From Chromera velia (lineage: Eukaryota), in contig JAHBMJ010000359.1 in assembly GCA_018398765.1 (NCBI GenBank), positions 1-48,635 on the forward strand: a stretch of DNA of 48,635 nucleotides, given 5' to 3'. Shown here in pieces: positions 48,289-48,635 of this stretch. The translations under genes were made by a program, and so were the position numbers. Position 1 is the first letter of the stretch; each line of letters starts with the position of its first letter. Below the pieces are notes generated by a model that worked only from the letters and a program-made list of their open reading frames with translations, searched no databases and was not told where the DNA came from.

Positions 48289-48635
48289 CCCGACGAAGAT
48301 AATAGTAGAAATGAATTTCCAGCCCCGTCTCCCAGCCGTGCCGTCCCCCACATTAGAAACGAAGACGAGGAATGGAAGTGTCCAAAATGTAAAGCGACCT
48401 TCTCAAGCGAACGAGGTCTGACGACCCACCAAACCCACCCCAACGGAAAGAAGAGGTGCAAAGAGAACATCCAAGCAGCAGCAGTACTTCATCAGCCCCC
48501 TCCCCCCGCCCCCGTCCCCGCCCCCGCCCCCCCGCAGTCTTCTTCGTCTTCCAATCCGGACCCGAACCCTCCCCTCCCCGATCCCTCCCTTCCCTCTTCT
48601 TCTTCCTCCTCTTCGTCGTCGTCCTCCTCCTCCTC
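48289..48635 (+). other. Open frame with a C2H2 zinc finger and Pro/Ser-rich tract, running off the window; possibly the 5' part of an RLE-type non-LTR retrotransposon
   Basis: WKCPKCKATFSSERGLTTHQTH (48373-48438). The complex sequence begins abruptly at the end of the (TCTG)n tract with no in-frame ATG after the junction. Confidence 0.5.

Overview
Eukaryotic, intron-rich genomic DNA. The GT-AG introns, TGCATG motifs and LRR/ankyrin gene types suggest a chromerid/apicomplexan-related alveolate such as Chromera, which is an inference I cannot confirm. I reconstructed six genes by hand from phase-consistent splice sites, in three head-to-head pairs. The first pair is an LRR gene (-, partial) and an ankyrin-repeat gene (+). 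The second is a signal peptide + 2OG-Fe(II)-oxygenase-like + Cys-rich + Ctr copper transporter fusion (-) and a histidine phosphatase (+). The third is an acylated two-thioredoxin nucleoredoxin-like protein with three PAN-like repeats (-) and the first two exons of an unknown gene (+). A repeat island at about 6.1-32.2 kb has no confident host gene. It holds decayed LINEs, a hAT element with an 8-bp TSD, a candidate hammerhead ribozyme, a ~6-kb 52-bp satellite interrupted by a TRIM, a decayed Penelope-like RT with no visible endonuclease, and a non-autonomous LTR element. A second hAT MITE with a nested LINE lies at 39.8-44.1 kb. Repeat copies differ mostly by C->T/G->A at CpA/TpG and CpG sites, a RIP-like signature. 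The top leads are the oxygenase-Ctr fusion, the RIP-like mutation and the endonuclease-less Penelope-like element abutting the satellite. All calls are by eye, with no database searches.
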